Source of the DNA: Leptogorgia sarmentosa
Taxonomy: Eukaryota
Direction: 5' to 3'
NCBI GenBank assembly: GCA_964658305.1
Contig: OZ210884.1
Coordinates: 5,456,001-5,520,000, forward strand
Length of the DNA stretch: 64,000 nt
In this document: positions 23,025 through 34,100 of the stretch, piece after piece
Layout of the letters: the number at the start of each line of letters is the position of its first letter
Numbering within the stretch: position 1 is the stretch's first letter
The notes under the pieces: model-generated
The model's database searches: none
Seen by the model: the letters and a program-made list of their open reading frames with translations, nothing else
What the model was told of the DNA's origin: nothing
Made by a program: the position numbers and the translations under genes

Positions 23025-24730
23025 TTATTGTCTTGTGACATAATTGTTACAATAAACTGAATTAATATCTTCAATATACCATAAGACTACTGTAATGTTT
23101 AACGGATTAACTTTTGTATTTAATATTACTCATATCATTACTCATAGAGGGATTTGTGATTAGTTGAGGGTTGATATACATACGATTGTCTTGCAAAAGA
23201 TTATAGGCAAGCTGTTTCCGTTTCCCGTCATTCAGCTTCAACGTTTTATCCCTACCCAATCTATATAAAACAGGTTGCGCTCAAAACTGTTGCCGCATTT
23301 ACTCAATAAGTTCCCCCCCCCTTTTTAACTGTATTTCTTATCCAGCTTCCCTTTGCAAATAAAATGTTCATCAACAATATTCCGGCTCAGGGAAATCCCA
23401 GCATGAGTTTTCCCTGTGAGGTATCCTGGACACTGTGTCATTTTTATTGATAATTGATAGATTGGCCACTCAATAACTTACTGACGCCTTTGAAGTGTTT
23501 CATTTGTATTCGAGACCAAGTAGCTCTTGTTGTGGTATGTATGTACTATGTAGAAACATTCTGTTGTCTTAACCATGTACTTTCTCGTCTAATCGTGCCT
23601 TTATTGTTGTATGTTAATGCAGACGAGCTTCGAATTGCTGGAAATCATGGAAGGAGTCGAAGCGAAATCTGTAAAATCCAAAGCAGTTCGTACGGTATGA
23701 ATGAATGCTCTTTACATTTTCATATTTTTTTACCCTTTGATGTCCAGATTCTGTCTGAACCCTGGAAATTTTGTGACTGTATAGCAAATGTGTGTTAGAT
23801 TACAATTAGTTTAGAATGTATTACTTTACATAAATATAAACATGTGGGATGTTACGCTACATATATCCTGACTGTAGGGAACGAGGGCAAAGGGCACGTG
23901 TTTCCGATACAAATCATACAATAATCATGGGTGCAATCAATAGCCATCGATGATCCCTCATTATCATGCAGCACCATCTAGTCATGCATAAATACACAAG
24001 AACCTTCAAAGTGCTATGATCAGTTTTTTAGCAAGTATGGTAGCAAATTTCGTACGCTATTTTGAATTGCGGTAACATAATAATTGATAGAACCTGCAAC
24101 CGTACAGAAATTATCATGCTGGGTAAATCACACGTGAATATTGCAGTAATATTTTGTAGAGATTTTCTTGCCCATTGCCAGTTTTTTAATCATTTTTCTG
24201 ATGAGCTTAATGCACTAAGTAATTTTTTAAAGTTCTTGCAATTACAGTAAATCTTTAACCTTAGATATCAGACATAAGTATAATTTACTTTGCATCTTCA
24301 TAAAACAAGAGGGTATAATATTATAACATCTTGTCATTTAACCTTTGTGTTTAATGTTATGGATATGTTTGAATTGGAGTTATCAGGGTTTGACTGATAG
24401 ATGGTTATCACTTGTTTTTCTGGCTCTGGTTTTGTCTCGTACTGCAGGGTTGAAATTTGCTTAGGCCCTGATAATGAACCACAAATACTTCCATAATGAA
24501 TATATTTTACTTTGTAAAGACTACTACATAATGCCTGTGATTCACTGTCTACATCAACTAGTCAGGCAATCGATCATAATGCTTCAAAACTTACTCATGA
24601 AATTATACTTATAATTAAGTAATTATTACTGTAGGTCATGAAGGAAAAATTGTAGAAAAAAAATCATGGAAAACAATTATTTGATAAGTCATTAAATGGG
24701 TTTATTGTTCTCTATGGGTTCAAGACCACA

Positions 24731-26260
24731 TCATCTGGTGTGTCTTCTCACTTCACACATGACTCCATCTCGAGGAGTCAAAGTCATCCTCCCCATCATT
24801 CGACCAGTTTGACCAGGAAGAAGTTTGAACCGAAACTTTTGAAACAGTCGTGCAAGTATAACTTTGGACTCAAACTTTGCAAATGTTTGTCCAATGCAAT
24901 TACGAGGACCAACAGAAAATGGAAAATGCATCATGCTTAAATTTGGGATGTTTCCAGCATCAGCAAATCTATCTGGATCAAAAACTTCAGGATCTTTCCA
25001 AATCTCGGGATTCATGCCAAATATCATTGAATTACTGCCAATTCCATTTCCTTGAGGTATCCGATAGCCTCCAACTGTGATCTCTTTTTTCAAAACTCTG
25101 GTGGGTGCTGGGGCTATTGAGTGTAATCGCAGATTTTCTTCCAAAACTTGGCCAAGATACTTGAGTTTTGCCAAGTCATCAAATTCAACAACTTCTCGTT
25201 CACCAAGCACTTCATCAATTTCATTCAAAAGTTTTGTTTCAACATGAGGATTGCTGAGAACTTCATATAACACAAAACCCAGAGAGCTTGCTGTTGTTTC
25301 TTGGCCAGCAATAAAGATTGTTATGAATTCATCAATGATTTCCTCCTTGGTCAAACTACCATCATTAATCAAAAGACTCAGCAAATCATTAGGGACATCT
25401 TTGTTTTCAGCCATGTCCTCCATTCGAGCGGTAATGCAGTCCAGGGCGAAATTTCGGAGAAATCGAACTGCATCTATTTGAACTCTTTGGCTGTCTGTTT
25501 GGAATGGTTTAAATTGAAATATCTGCAAAAACTGTGAGCTGAGAGGAATGACAAAGTTTGCTTGTACTCCAAGGAGGTAGTTGCGAATTGCAGCAGGAAA
25601 TGGGGACTCGGGGTCTTCGATTGTGTTGGTATCAATATTAAATGACACTTTACTCATAACATCAAGTGTGGCTTTGGCAAATTCTTCAACCATACCGACA
25701 GGCTTACCAACATCAGCTATTTTACCCATGTGTGTCAGAAATCGACTGGATACATCATTAAAATTGCTGATGAAATCTTTCAAGCATTTCCGATGAAATG
25801 CAGGGTTCATCAGGTGCCGTCGCTTGCGCCATGATACTTCGTCAAGATTGGTAACCAAGCCATATCCCATACCTCTCTCCCCAAATATGAATGCCAATTT
25901 ATTATAAACAAAAGGTGGTTTGTATAGAAGTTTATTGTTGTTAACGAATACTTCTCTCACATAGCTCGGGTCGCCTAGATATACCACACATCTATAGAAA
26001 TACGTTATCAAAAGGATTGGTCCATATTTCAGTTGATTTTCCACCACGTATTCTGTTAATGTTCTGCCAGTCTCTTCCTTGTATTTCCAATAGCCAGCAA
26101 GATTGCCAAATATGAAGCTTGGACGCGGTGGTCCAGGCAAATGAGCGTTGATTTTGTGAATATAATGCAAGTATAGGATGAAAGATAAAACCAGACCAAT
26201 AAAACCAACTATAATTGCGCCAACGAAGTACAGAAGCAATGTCAAAATGCTGAAATTCAT
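24731..26260 (-). CDS. Intronless microsomal cytochrome P450, CYP46 (cholesterol 24-hydroxylase)-like, 509 aa
   Basis: N-terminal TM anchor, [65 protein letters not shown]; these motif contexts resemble clan-46 P450s. Confidence 0.95.
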   Translation of the reverse strand: MNFSILTLLLYFVGAIIVGFIGLVLSFILYLHYIHKINAHLPGPPRPSFIFGNLAGYWKYKEETGRTLTEYVVENQLKYGPILLITYFYRCVVYLGDPSYVREVFVNNNKLLYKPPFVYNKLAFIFGERGMGYGLVTNLDEVSWRKRRHLMNPAFHRKCLKDFISNFNDVSSRFLTHMGKIADVGKPVGMVEEFAKATLDVMSKVSFNIDTNTIEDPESPFPAAIRNYLLGVQANFVIPLSSQFLQIFQFKPFQTDSQRVQIDAVRFLRNFALDCITARMEDMAENKDVPNDLLSLLINDGSLTKEEIIDEFITIFIAGQETTASSLGFVLYEVLSNPHVETKLLNEIDEVLGEREVVEFDDLAKLKYLGQVLEENLRLHSIAPAPTRVLKKEITVGGYRIPQGNGIGSNSMIFGMNPEIWKDPEVFDPDRFADAGNIPNLSMMHFPFSVGPRNCIGQTFAKFESKVILARLFQKFRFKLLPGQTGRMMGRMTLTPRDGVMCEVRRHTR

Positions 26261-26902
26261 GATTCACTTTTTTTAACGTCGACACTTTCTGTGTCAATAG
26301 CTCAGTGCTCAATAGTCTCTTGCGTGATTCACAGTGACCTGTCGCACCGATTAAATTACAACAGGGGTGATTATTCCAAGTGGTAACTTCCCACGAACTA
26401 TTATTATTATACATTTACTATGTATTCTCGTTCCTGATTGGTCAGAAACGTCGGTTAATTTTCAATATTTGGTATTCATTTGTTACATAATTTCAATTTC
26501 TTTTTCATGCATTTTTGGATCGAACCAGCATAGTTTTCTCACTTTTCTGGCATATTAAAGAAATAGTTAAGTCTATTGTAGCATTTGTTACAGCCACCCA
26601 GAGGCATGAGTGAACTGTACCTTGTCTTATCTTTAGAATTGAATTTTGATTTGATCTGTTTGTAGCCCTGACTCAGATAAGATGTTCTGAGTAATTATTT
26701 TTAGTTGTTGCAAGACTTTGAGGCTTCTCTGTACATTCAGTAATTCATATTTATTTGGGACCTTCATAAAGTTTTATATTTTCAAAATAAAAATTTCCAT
26801 GAGTATTTTGCATTTGATGTGTCCTGGAACTTTGTTTATGGAAATCTAGAGACCAATTTTAAAATCCAAACTTTATTTCTTTGCAAACAGATTTAATAAT
26901 TA

Positions 26903-27177
26903 GTATAGGAAATTACACGGTTCGAGAAGTATTAATGAAAAAATGCACGCGTGTTTTGGCGAAACACGTTCACTAACCTTTTTTTGTCAAAGTTAACAAT
27001 AAACAATAAATGACAAAAAAACAAGAATTTTAGCGTTGATAAGCGTATTATATTTATTTGTTATTTGTTTTTATAATGTATTGCGGGCTCGAAACCGTGC
27101 AATTAAGTTTAATTTGCACAGTTGTTGAAGCTTTTTAGCCAATTAGCCTCCAGGAAATTGACAACAATGATATTAAT
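26903..27177 (-). mobile_element. Dispersed repeat, copy 2 (inverted relative to 12997-13321)
   Basis: gtataggaaattacacggttcgagaagt..aggaaattgacaacaatgatattaa is the reverse complement of copy 1. Confidence 0.85.
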
Positions 27178-27546
27178 CAAGTAACTTGCACTCTTCTTGC
27201 TCAATTAAATTTCAGTTATTTTGTGATTTTTGTCATGTATTTATTAATAAAGTACAACCAATATCATATAATCAGTGAGTTGCCAATTGCATGTAATATC
27301 AAATGGTAATTTAATTGATCACAAATTCCTATTCATACACACCTGAGTGATATTGAAGACAAATTAAAGCTAATTAAGTCAAAGTTAAATATAGTCTTCT
27401 GGAATATTGAACATAATAATTAAGTTTATTGTAACATGTGCATCAATCACCATAGTTCATCTGAATGAAATCACAAAACTACAGTAGACATTTATTTGAG
27501 GAATCTTTAATATTCCTTACTGCCACATTGATTATGGTTCACCACA

Positions 27547-29076
27547 TCATTTGGTGTGTCTTCTCACTTCACACATGACTCCATCTCGAGGAGTCAAAAC
27601 CATCCTCCCCATTGCCCGGCCAGTTTGACCAGGAAGAAGTTTGAACCGAAATTTTTGAAAGAGTCGTGCAAGTACAACTTTTGCCTCAAACTTTGCAAAT
27701 GTTTGTCCAATGCAATTACGAGGACCAACGGAAAATGGAAAATGTATCATGCTTAAATTTGGGATGTTTCCAGCATCAGCAAATCTTTCTGGATCAAAAA
27801 CTTCAGGATCTTTCCAAATCTTGGGGTTCAGGGCCAATGAGAGGGGACCACTAGCAACCCCATCTCCTTTAGGTATCCGATAGCCTCCAATTGTGATCTC
27901 TTCTTTCAAAGTTCTGATAGGTACTAGGCCAATGGGGTGTAATCTTAGACTTTCTTCAAAAGCCTGGCCAAGGTACTTGAGTTTTGCCAAATCATCAAAT
28001 TCAACATGTTCTCGTTCACCAAGCACTTCTTTGATTTCATTCAAAAGTTTTCTTTCAACATGAGGATTGCTGAGAACTTCATACAACACAAAACCCAGAG
28101 AGCTTGCTGTTGTTTCTTGGCCAGCAATAAAGATTGTTATGAATTCATCAATGATTTCCTCCTTGGTCAAACTACCATCATTAATCAAAAGACTCAACAA
28201 ATCATTAGGGACATCTTTATTTTCAGCCATGTCCTTCTTTCGAGTGGTAATGCAGTCCAGTGCAAAATTTCGGAGAAATCTGGCTGCATCTATCTGAACT
28301 TTTTGGGTTTTGCTCTGGAAGATCTTATATTGAAATATCCCCAACAATTGTGAGCTCAACGGACTTTCAAAATTTGCTTGTGACCCAAAGAGGTAGTTGC
28401 GAATTGCAGAAGGAAATGGGGACTCAGGGTCTTCAATTGTGTTGGTATCAATATTAAATGACACTTTACTTATAACATCAAGTGTGGCTTTGCCAAATTC
28501 TTGAACCATACCGACAGGCTTACCAACATCAGCTATTTTACCCATGTGTGTTAGAAATCGACTGGATACATCATTGTAATTGCTCATGAAATCTTTCAAG
28601 CATTTCCGATGAAATGCAGGGTTCATCAGGTGCCGTCGCTTACGCCATGATACTTCGTCATGATTGGTAACCAAGCCATATCCGATACCTCTCTCACCAT
28701 ATACGAATCCCATTTTATTATAAAGAAACGGTGGTTTATATAGAAGTTTATCGTTGTTAACAAATACTTCTCTAATATAGTTTGGATCGCCTAGGTATAC
28801 CACACATCTATTGAAATACGTCAACAAAAGGACTGGTCCATATTTCAATTGATTTTCCATCACATATTCTGATATTGTTCTGCCAGTCTCTTCCTTGTAT
28901 TTCCAATAGCCAGCAAGATTGCCAAATATGAAGCTTGGACGCGGTGGTCCAGGCAAATGAGCGTTGATTTTGTGAATATAATGCAAGTATAGCATGAAAG
29001 ATAAAACCAAGCAAATAAAACAAACTATAATTGCGCCAACGAAGTACAGAAGCAATGTCAAAACGCTGAAATTCAT
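27547..29076 (-). CDS. Intronless CYP46-like cytochrome P450, 509 aa from ATG 29076
   Basis: Tandem paralog of 24731-26260; AGQETT, EESLR, PERF and [10 protein letters not shown] intact; ETS-type CCGGAAGTG about 50 bp upstream. Confidence 0.95.
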   Translation of the reverse strand: MNFSVLTLLLYFVGAIIVCFICLVLSFMLYLHYIHKINAHLPGPPRPSFIFGNLAGYWKYKEETGRTISEYVMENQLKYGPVLLLTYFNRCVVYLGDPNYIREVFVNNDKLLYKPPFLYNKMGFVYGERGIGYGLVTNHDEVSWRKRRHLMNPAFHRKCLKDFMSNYNDVSSRFLTHMGKIADVGKPVGMVQEFGKATLDVISKVSFNIDTNTIEDPESPFPSAIRNYLFGSQANFESPLSSQLLGIFQYKIFQSKTQKVQIDAARFLRNFALDCITTRKKDMAENKDVPNDLLSLLINDGSLTKEEIIDEFITIFIAGQETTASSLGFVLYEVLSNPHVERKLLNEIKEVLGEREHVEFDDLAKLKYLGQAFEESLRLHPIGLVPIRTLKEEITIGGYRIPKGDGVASGPLSLALNPKIWKDPEVFDPERFADAGNIPNLSMIHFPFSVGPRNCIGQTFAKFEAKVVLARLFQKFRFKLLPGQTGRAMGRMVLTPRDGVMCEVRRHTK

Positions 29077-29234
29077 GATTCTTAATTTCAAAATGCCCTC
29101 CTGCTCTTACTGCTTGAAGTGATAACCGGAAGTGAAAACAAATACATGTGTTGCAATTTGTTTCATTTCAGCTGGTACTGTCAACCTGCGATCAGGCAAT
29201 AGAGGTTTCGCCTTCGCCTCAGTCGTCAAATTAA

Positions 29235-29365
29235 CGACTTCCTCCCGACGAACAACTTTTTGTCGAAACATCGAATCTTATTTCATCGTTTAGGTAGTGG
29301 ATATCAGGATATACCCTTTGCTCCTTGTTGATGTTGTCATCCACTACCTACACTGGCTACACTGA
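29235..29365 (+). mobile_element. Probable Penelope-like element terminal remnant
   Basis: ccgacga-[acaa cttt ttgt]-cgaaac hammerhead-like motif followed by a taggtagtggat..atccactaccta stem. Confidence 0.4.
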
Positions 29366-31114
29366 AGTTCGCCTCCGCGCGTTTTTGGTTCAACACAGAG
29401 CTGCAGATTGCGTTGAAAATTAAATGAAAGTCATAATCAAATATGTTTGTGCGTGATATAATCAAGATAATGGTGTTTTACCATATACTAGTGCAATATT
29501 CTACAAGCAACAACACCAACGCGATATACCGCGAATCGAATCAATGAGACAACCCTTTTGGGTAATGTTATACCATACAATACAAATTCAAATATACCAA
29601 CTGTACTGGTTCCCAAAAACCATTTTCGAAAAATTGGTTGTGTCTCACACACCTCTACTCAATAGGCTTCGGGTGTGAGACGTTTTTTGGGTAAGGGTTT
29701 TTAATCGATTTTGATTACTTAAAATATGAAACGTTAGGGAAGAAACGTTAGGGGAGGTGGCTGTTGCTATATGGAATTCTGGGTACATGTCTGTGAAATT
29801 AAAAACGCGAATTTTTATTCTTTGAATGATCCCCTTTTTGATGTCAATTCCCTGTGTATGAATGTTTGTTTATTTTTGCAGGTTGGAGATCATTATGTTT
29901 GGCCTGAATTTGAAAAGGAACTTTATTCAGTAAGAATATCTGAAATTTGAAAAAAAAAAGGCCATCCACCTACACTGGAAGCAGCCGTTTTACCAAAAAA
30001 CTATTTCCATATCCCCCCCAAGAAATTGCAGGGCCCCCAACTTTTTTGCACCCACTCAGTGAAAGTCTGCCCATGTTGCTACTACTATTCAGCAAAAAAA
30101 CCCAATAAAGTTGAGTTTGTGTATAGATCGGTACTCTGTGTTTTGGCCGTACCTTGGCCTCGGGCTAAAAAGCGTTTAACTGTGAAAGTAAAGTTGGCCG
30201 GATACTATCAAGCAAATCTATGAACTATAAACAACAAACAAACCAAACTTTTCGGGCTAAAAATAAAAACTGCGCATTGAAATACACAGTTAGTTCATAA
30301 AATTCAAGTTCAAGAAGATAAAAGTTCACATGATAAACAGGAATGTTTTAAATTTGTCGTCTAGTCTGTACATATTAAAGCTAAACGGCCGTACGTTGAT
30401 AAAAATTGTAGTGTTAATGTTATATTGTATAGTTGTGGCTCAGAAGTGAACACATTCAGTAAAATTTTACCTCAAAACGTTTCCCCAAGATCCCACAGTC
30501 TGACATATGTCAAAGTTCTTCCTGACTGTTGTCTGCAAATGTATGAAATGTACATTTCTTCATCGTCAGCGAGCCGCGTGCGTACGATTTTTATATTTTA
30601 TACATTTGTATGAAATTGAAGGATTTCTAAACGAACAAATAGCGAATGAGTGAATTTAGGGGTTTTCACAACGATAAAATAATGAGGATAATTTACAAGG
30701 ACCAACCATGAAGTAATTTGTTTATTATATATTAAGTACAGATATGAATATTTGACACTATAACAAACTCGCAGTAAACACAAGTCACAACAACGTATCT
30801 AAAGCGAAGTGTATGCGAACTAAACAGATTTCTTACCGCTTATGTCTGCATTTTCCTGCTGGAATTTCACTCAGAGGTATTTAGCTGAGGACGTTTTAGC
30901 TGTGAGTGTTTTCCTGAAGATAATTTTGCCATTTTATTAGCGAAAAATACAACAAAACACTCCCTGAACACTCGCACACAGCGGCTTTGCTAAAACCGGG
31001 CGCCATGACTGTATACATATGAGCGCGCGAAATTCTAGCCAATCAAAATGCAATCTCGTTCCCAGGGTCTTGATCCTCGCTCGAGGAAAGAGGGACCTTT
31101 CCTCGAGAGGAAAA

Positions 31115-34100
31115 ATGAGGAAAGAAGGTCCACCGGATGTAAGAAAAAACGAAAAACATTTCTGAGAAGATAATTCTTACAGAAGTAAAATATCGTTCAC
31201 CACGAACATATGATATTTATTTAACTTTTTTATATCAGAAGCAGAACTGCCGACAACCCCCCCCCCAAAAAAAAAAACAAAGCCTCCCAGTTTAGTAAAA
31301 AATGTTAGTTTATCGGGAAATTTCTTCTTGAAAGTCCATTTACCTGAGATCAATTTGTTCTTTCTAACAATAATACAGCAAACTATTAATAGAAATATTT
31401 GGTCACAAATATATATTCCCCGCAAATTGGAGGAAATGGCGTTTTTGAGACTCTACTTTTAAAAATTTCCTAGGGGAGGTATATGCCCGCCCACCCCACC
31501 TACCTTGGGAGTTCTCGCGCTTTCCGCGCTCGCCTGAGTCCGATTCCTAAAATTACATGTACATGCCGCTACCCATAATGGCCACATATTAAATACTGAA
31601 AATAAATCCGTAAACTTCAGGTTTTTTACTTCACAGATTAGTCCTCAAAGAAGATGCACTCTTCAGAGCAATGGACTGACGAAGGTATAGTCGTGCAGCC
31701 TGAAATAAATAAAATATGATAAAGTCATCTCATCTATTAAATTTAGCTCTTAATATATATTTAGATCTTAACTAGACCCACTAGTCCATTGCTCGTTTGG
31801 GAAATGGCTAATTATTTTCATACTCCATGCGCAAACAAAAAAAGTTCAAATTTAAATAAATACCTATGAGGGTTTTTTGTATTTTCATTGAATTTGCCTG
31901 TATTTGTTAATCACAATTTCATTTTTACAGAATATGTCTGAAAACTTCTTGATGCGAAAACAACTGAGTCAAAACAGTCGAAAGCGGTTTGTGGACTTAA
32001 TTTATAATTACGTCACTGACATTTATTTGTCAAAATAAATAGCAGAACTTATGCGTAATGACATTTTGTTGCGCTGCGACTACCAGCATGCTTTGCGAGA
32101 AACGCAATAGAAAACGATTACAAATACCTGCAAAGGATTCTGGCAGTTGTAGTCACGCAGCCCAGAAAATCGGCGTTATGCATAAGGTCTACTGAGGCAT
32201 CACAATACATCACATTTCCGATATTTTATCGCTATCTCACCACCAAATGTTTATTAAACATGTGTAAAACAACATGGATAAGCAAAAATATTCCTATTTT
32301 TCTTTCTTTCTCATTCCAGTAAAGATAAACGAATTATACAAGACAACACTGTATCAGAATCTTCACCAGAGGAGAAAGGGAAAAAATCCAAACAAACCAG
32401 ACGGATCGTACAGACGGACGATACTAATCCAACGTCCAAGACTAGCAATGGTATTCCGGTTACGTCAGTTATAGTGGTCAGTATATGGTTTGTTATGGAA
32501 AAGCTGAAAAATTAAAATGCTGTCGAAAAAAAAACCTTTATTCATTTGTAAAAATTGTCACTATGTGTTGATTATATATTACCATAATTTATTTTTGTTC
32601 ATCACAGAATGAAAATTCCATCCAAAGACAGTTGAAATTTGGTACCTCAGTAAACAGTTTATCCGAAGATAATGCATGTGAAAACCAAAAGCGAAATTTT
32701 GGTATGTTATTATTAATTAGTAGAATCATACTATATATAGTATACTATTGCAAATGCTGCAATTTCATTGGCTACTCTACTCGCTATCTATTCCTCGATA
32801 GATAGCGAATAGCAATATTGTTGTTAGCGAGTAGCAATAATATATTTATTGCAATATTTTCATGTTTGATCTCTGATTCTACTACAACAATTAGATTACT
32901 CGCTCTCTATTTCTACACCTCATAGAAATCTCGAGCTCGTAATCTAATTGTTAATTAAACAGGTTGTCTAAGAGTTAACGTTTATAGTTGAAAAATATTT
33001 GCTAAATTATAAACTAGCAATTAGCGCGCAAAATTTGCAAAAACTTGCGGAAGGAGGCAGATACAGGCAATACAGGCAGAACACCCTAGCTGTGGATGAC
33101 TAGCATAAGCCCGAAATACAGGCTCCTCATTCAAAAGATGAAAGAATAGCTTTAAATTGAGCACAAAGCGAAACTATGGTGTTAGGGCGACTCCCTTTTT
33201 TTAATTGATAGACCCTGCAGTCCCAGGTATACCAACGCACATTTAACAATAATAGAGTGGATTTCTACGCACGGAAGGGACTTTTTTTGGAACAGCCTGA
33301 ATAGGAACACAGGAACCTTTGGCTTTTGTTTTGTAATTCATGCCAACATCTCCTCGTGGTATAAAAGGAACTAATAGTTTTTAGCAGTAATTTATTGAAA
33401 CGCTAATGTATATTTTGTAGGAAATGTAGAGGCGGCAAATGACTCGTCGATTGTGGATGAATCTAAAAGACAAAAATTAGAAGGAAATTGCGTTCAAAAT
33501 CAGAACGACTTTAACAAAAGTAATGAAAGTTTGAAGGTAATCTTCGCTTCGAGGTAAAAGAAAAAAGTACAAAAAAAGAATGTCGTACTTGTAGAATTAA
33601 TGTACGTCACTAAACAGAAAGAGTGAATGAAACAGCCAGTGATTAAGTATTTTCAAGTATTTTCATTGTGGTCCTACTGATCCATTTATGCTCAGACATC
33701 TACCGTCAAAGCAACGTCTTAGTAGATAACTGATGCGAGACCAACCCAGCTTAGTCTTTGCAATTATAATCACGTCGCACTGATCATGAGTTGATCTGCG
33801 GCATTCAAAAGATGATTGTGTACAAAATCTTGAAGTAAATGTTTTTTGATAATTTAGCGGTATCCGCTGAGAATTCATGTGATCCCACGGTAAAATTTTG
33901 ACACTATAATTGTGCCACTATTCCAAACTTTGCCGCGTCCCCAAATCGTAACCTAACACCGTTTCTAGCCCAAACCCTAATCTTAAATCTAACCCTAGCC
34001 CTAATACAAACCCAAACGCGCGTGATACATTATAATCTGGGGTCACATGAAGTAACTCCCTAGACAGGAAGAAATAAACAACTACATGGCCACTGACTGG

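Noticed and set aside
17822..28457. Recurrent 60-115 aa ORFs ([10 protein letters not shown].., [10 protein letters not shown].., MLRTSYNTKP..)
   Set aside because: Antisense or off-frame shadows of the near-identical P450 coding sequences
17098..29076. Octocoral-type terpene biosynthetic gene cluster
   Set aside because: I found no terpene cyclase, prenyltransferase, dehydrogenase or acyltransferase in the window; only paralogous P450s flanked by housekeeping genes
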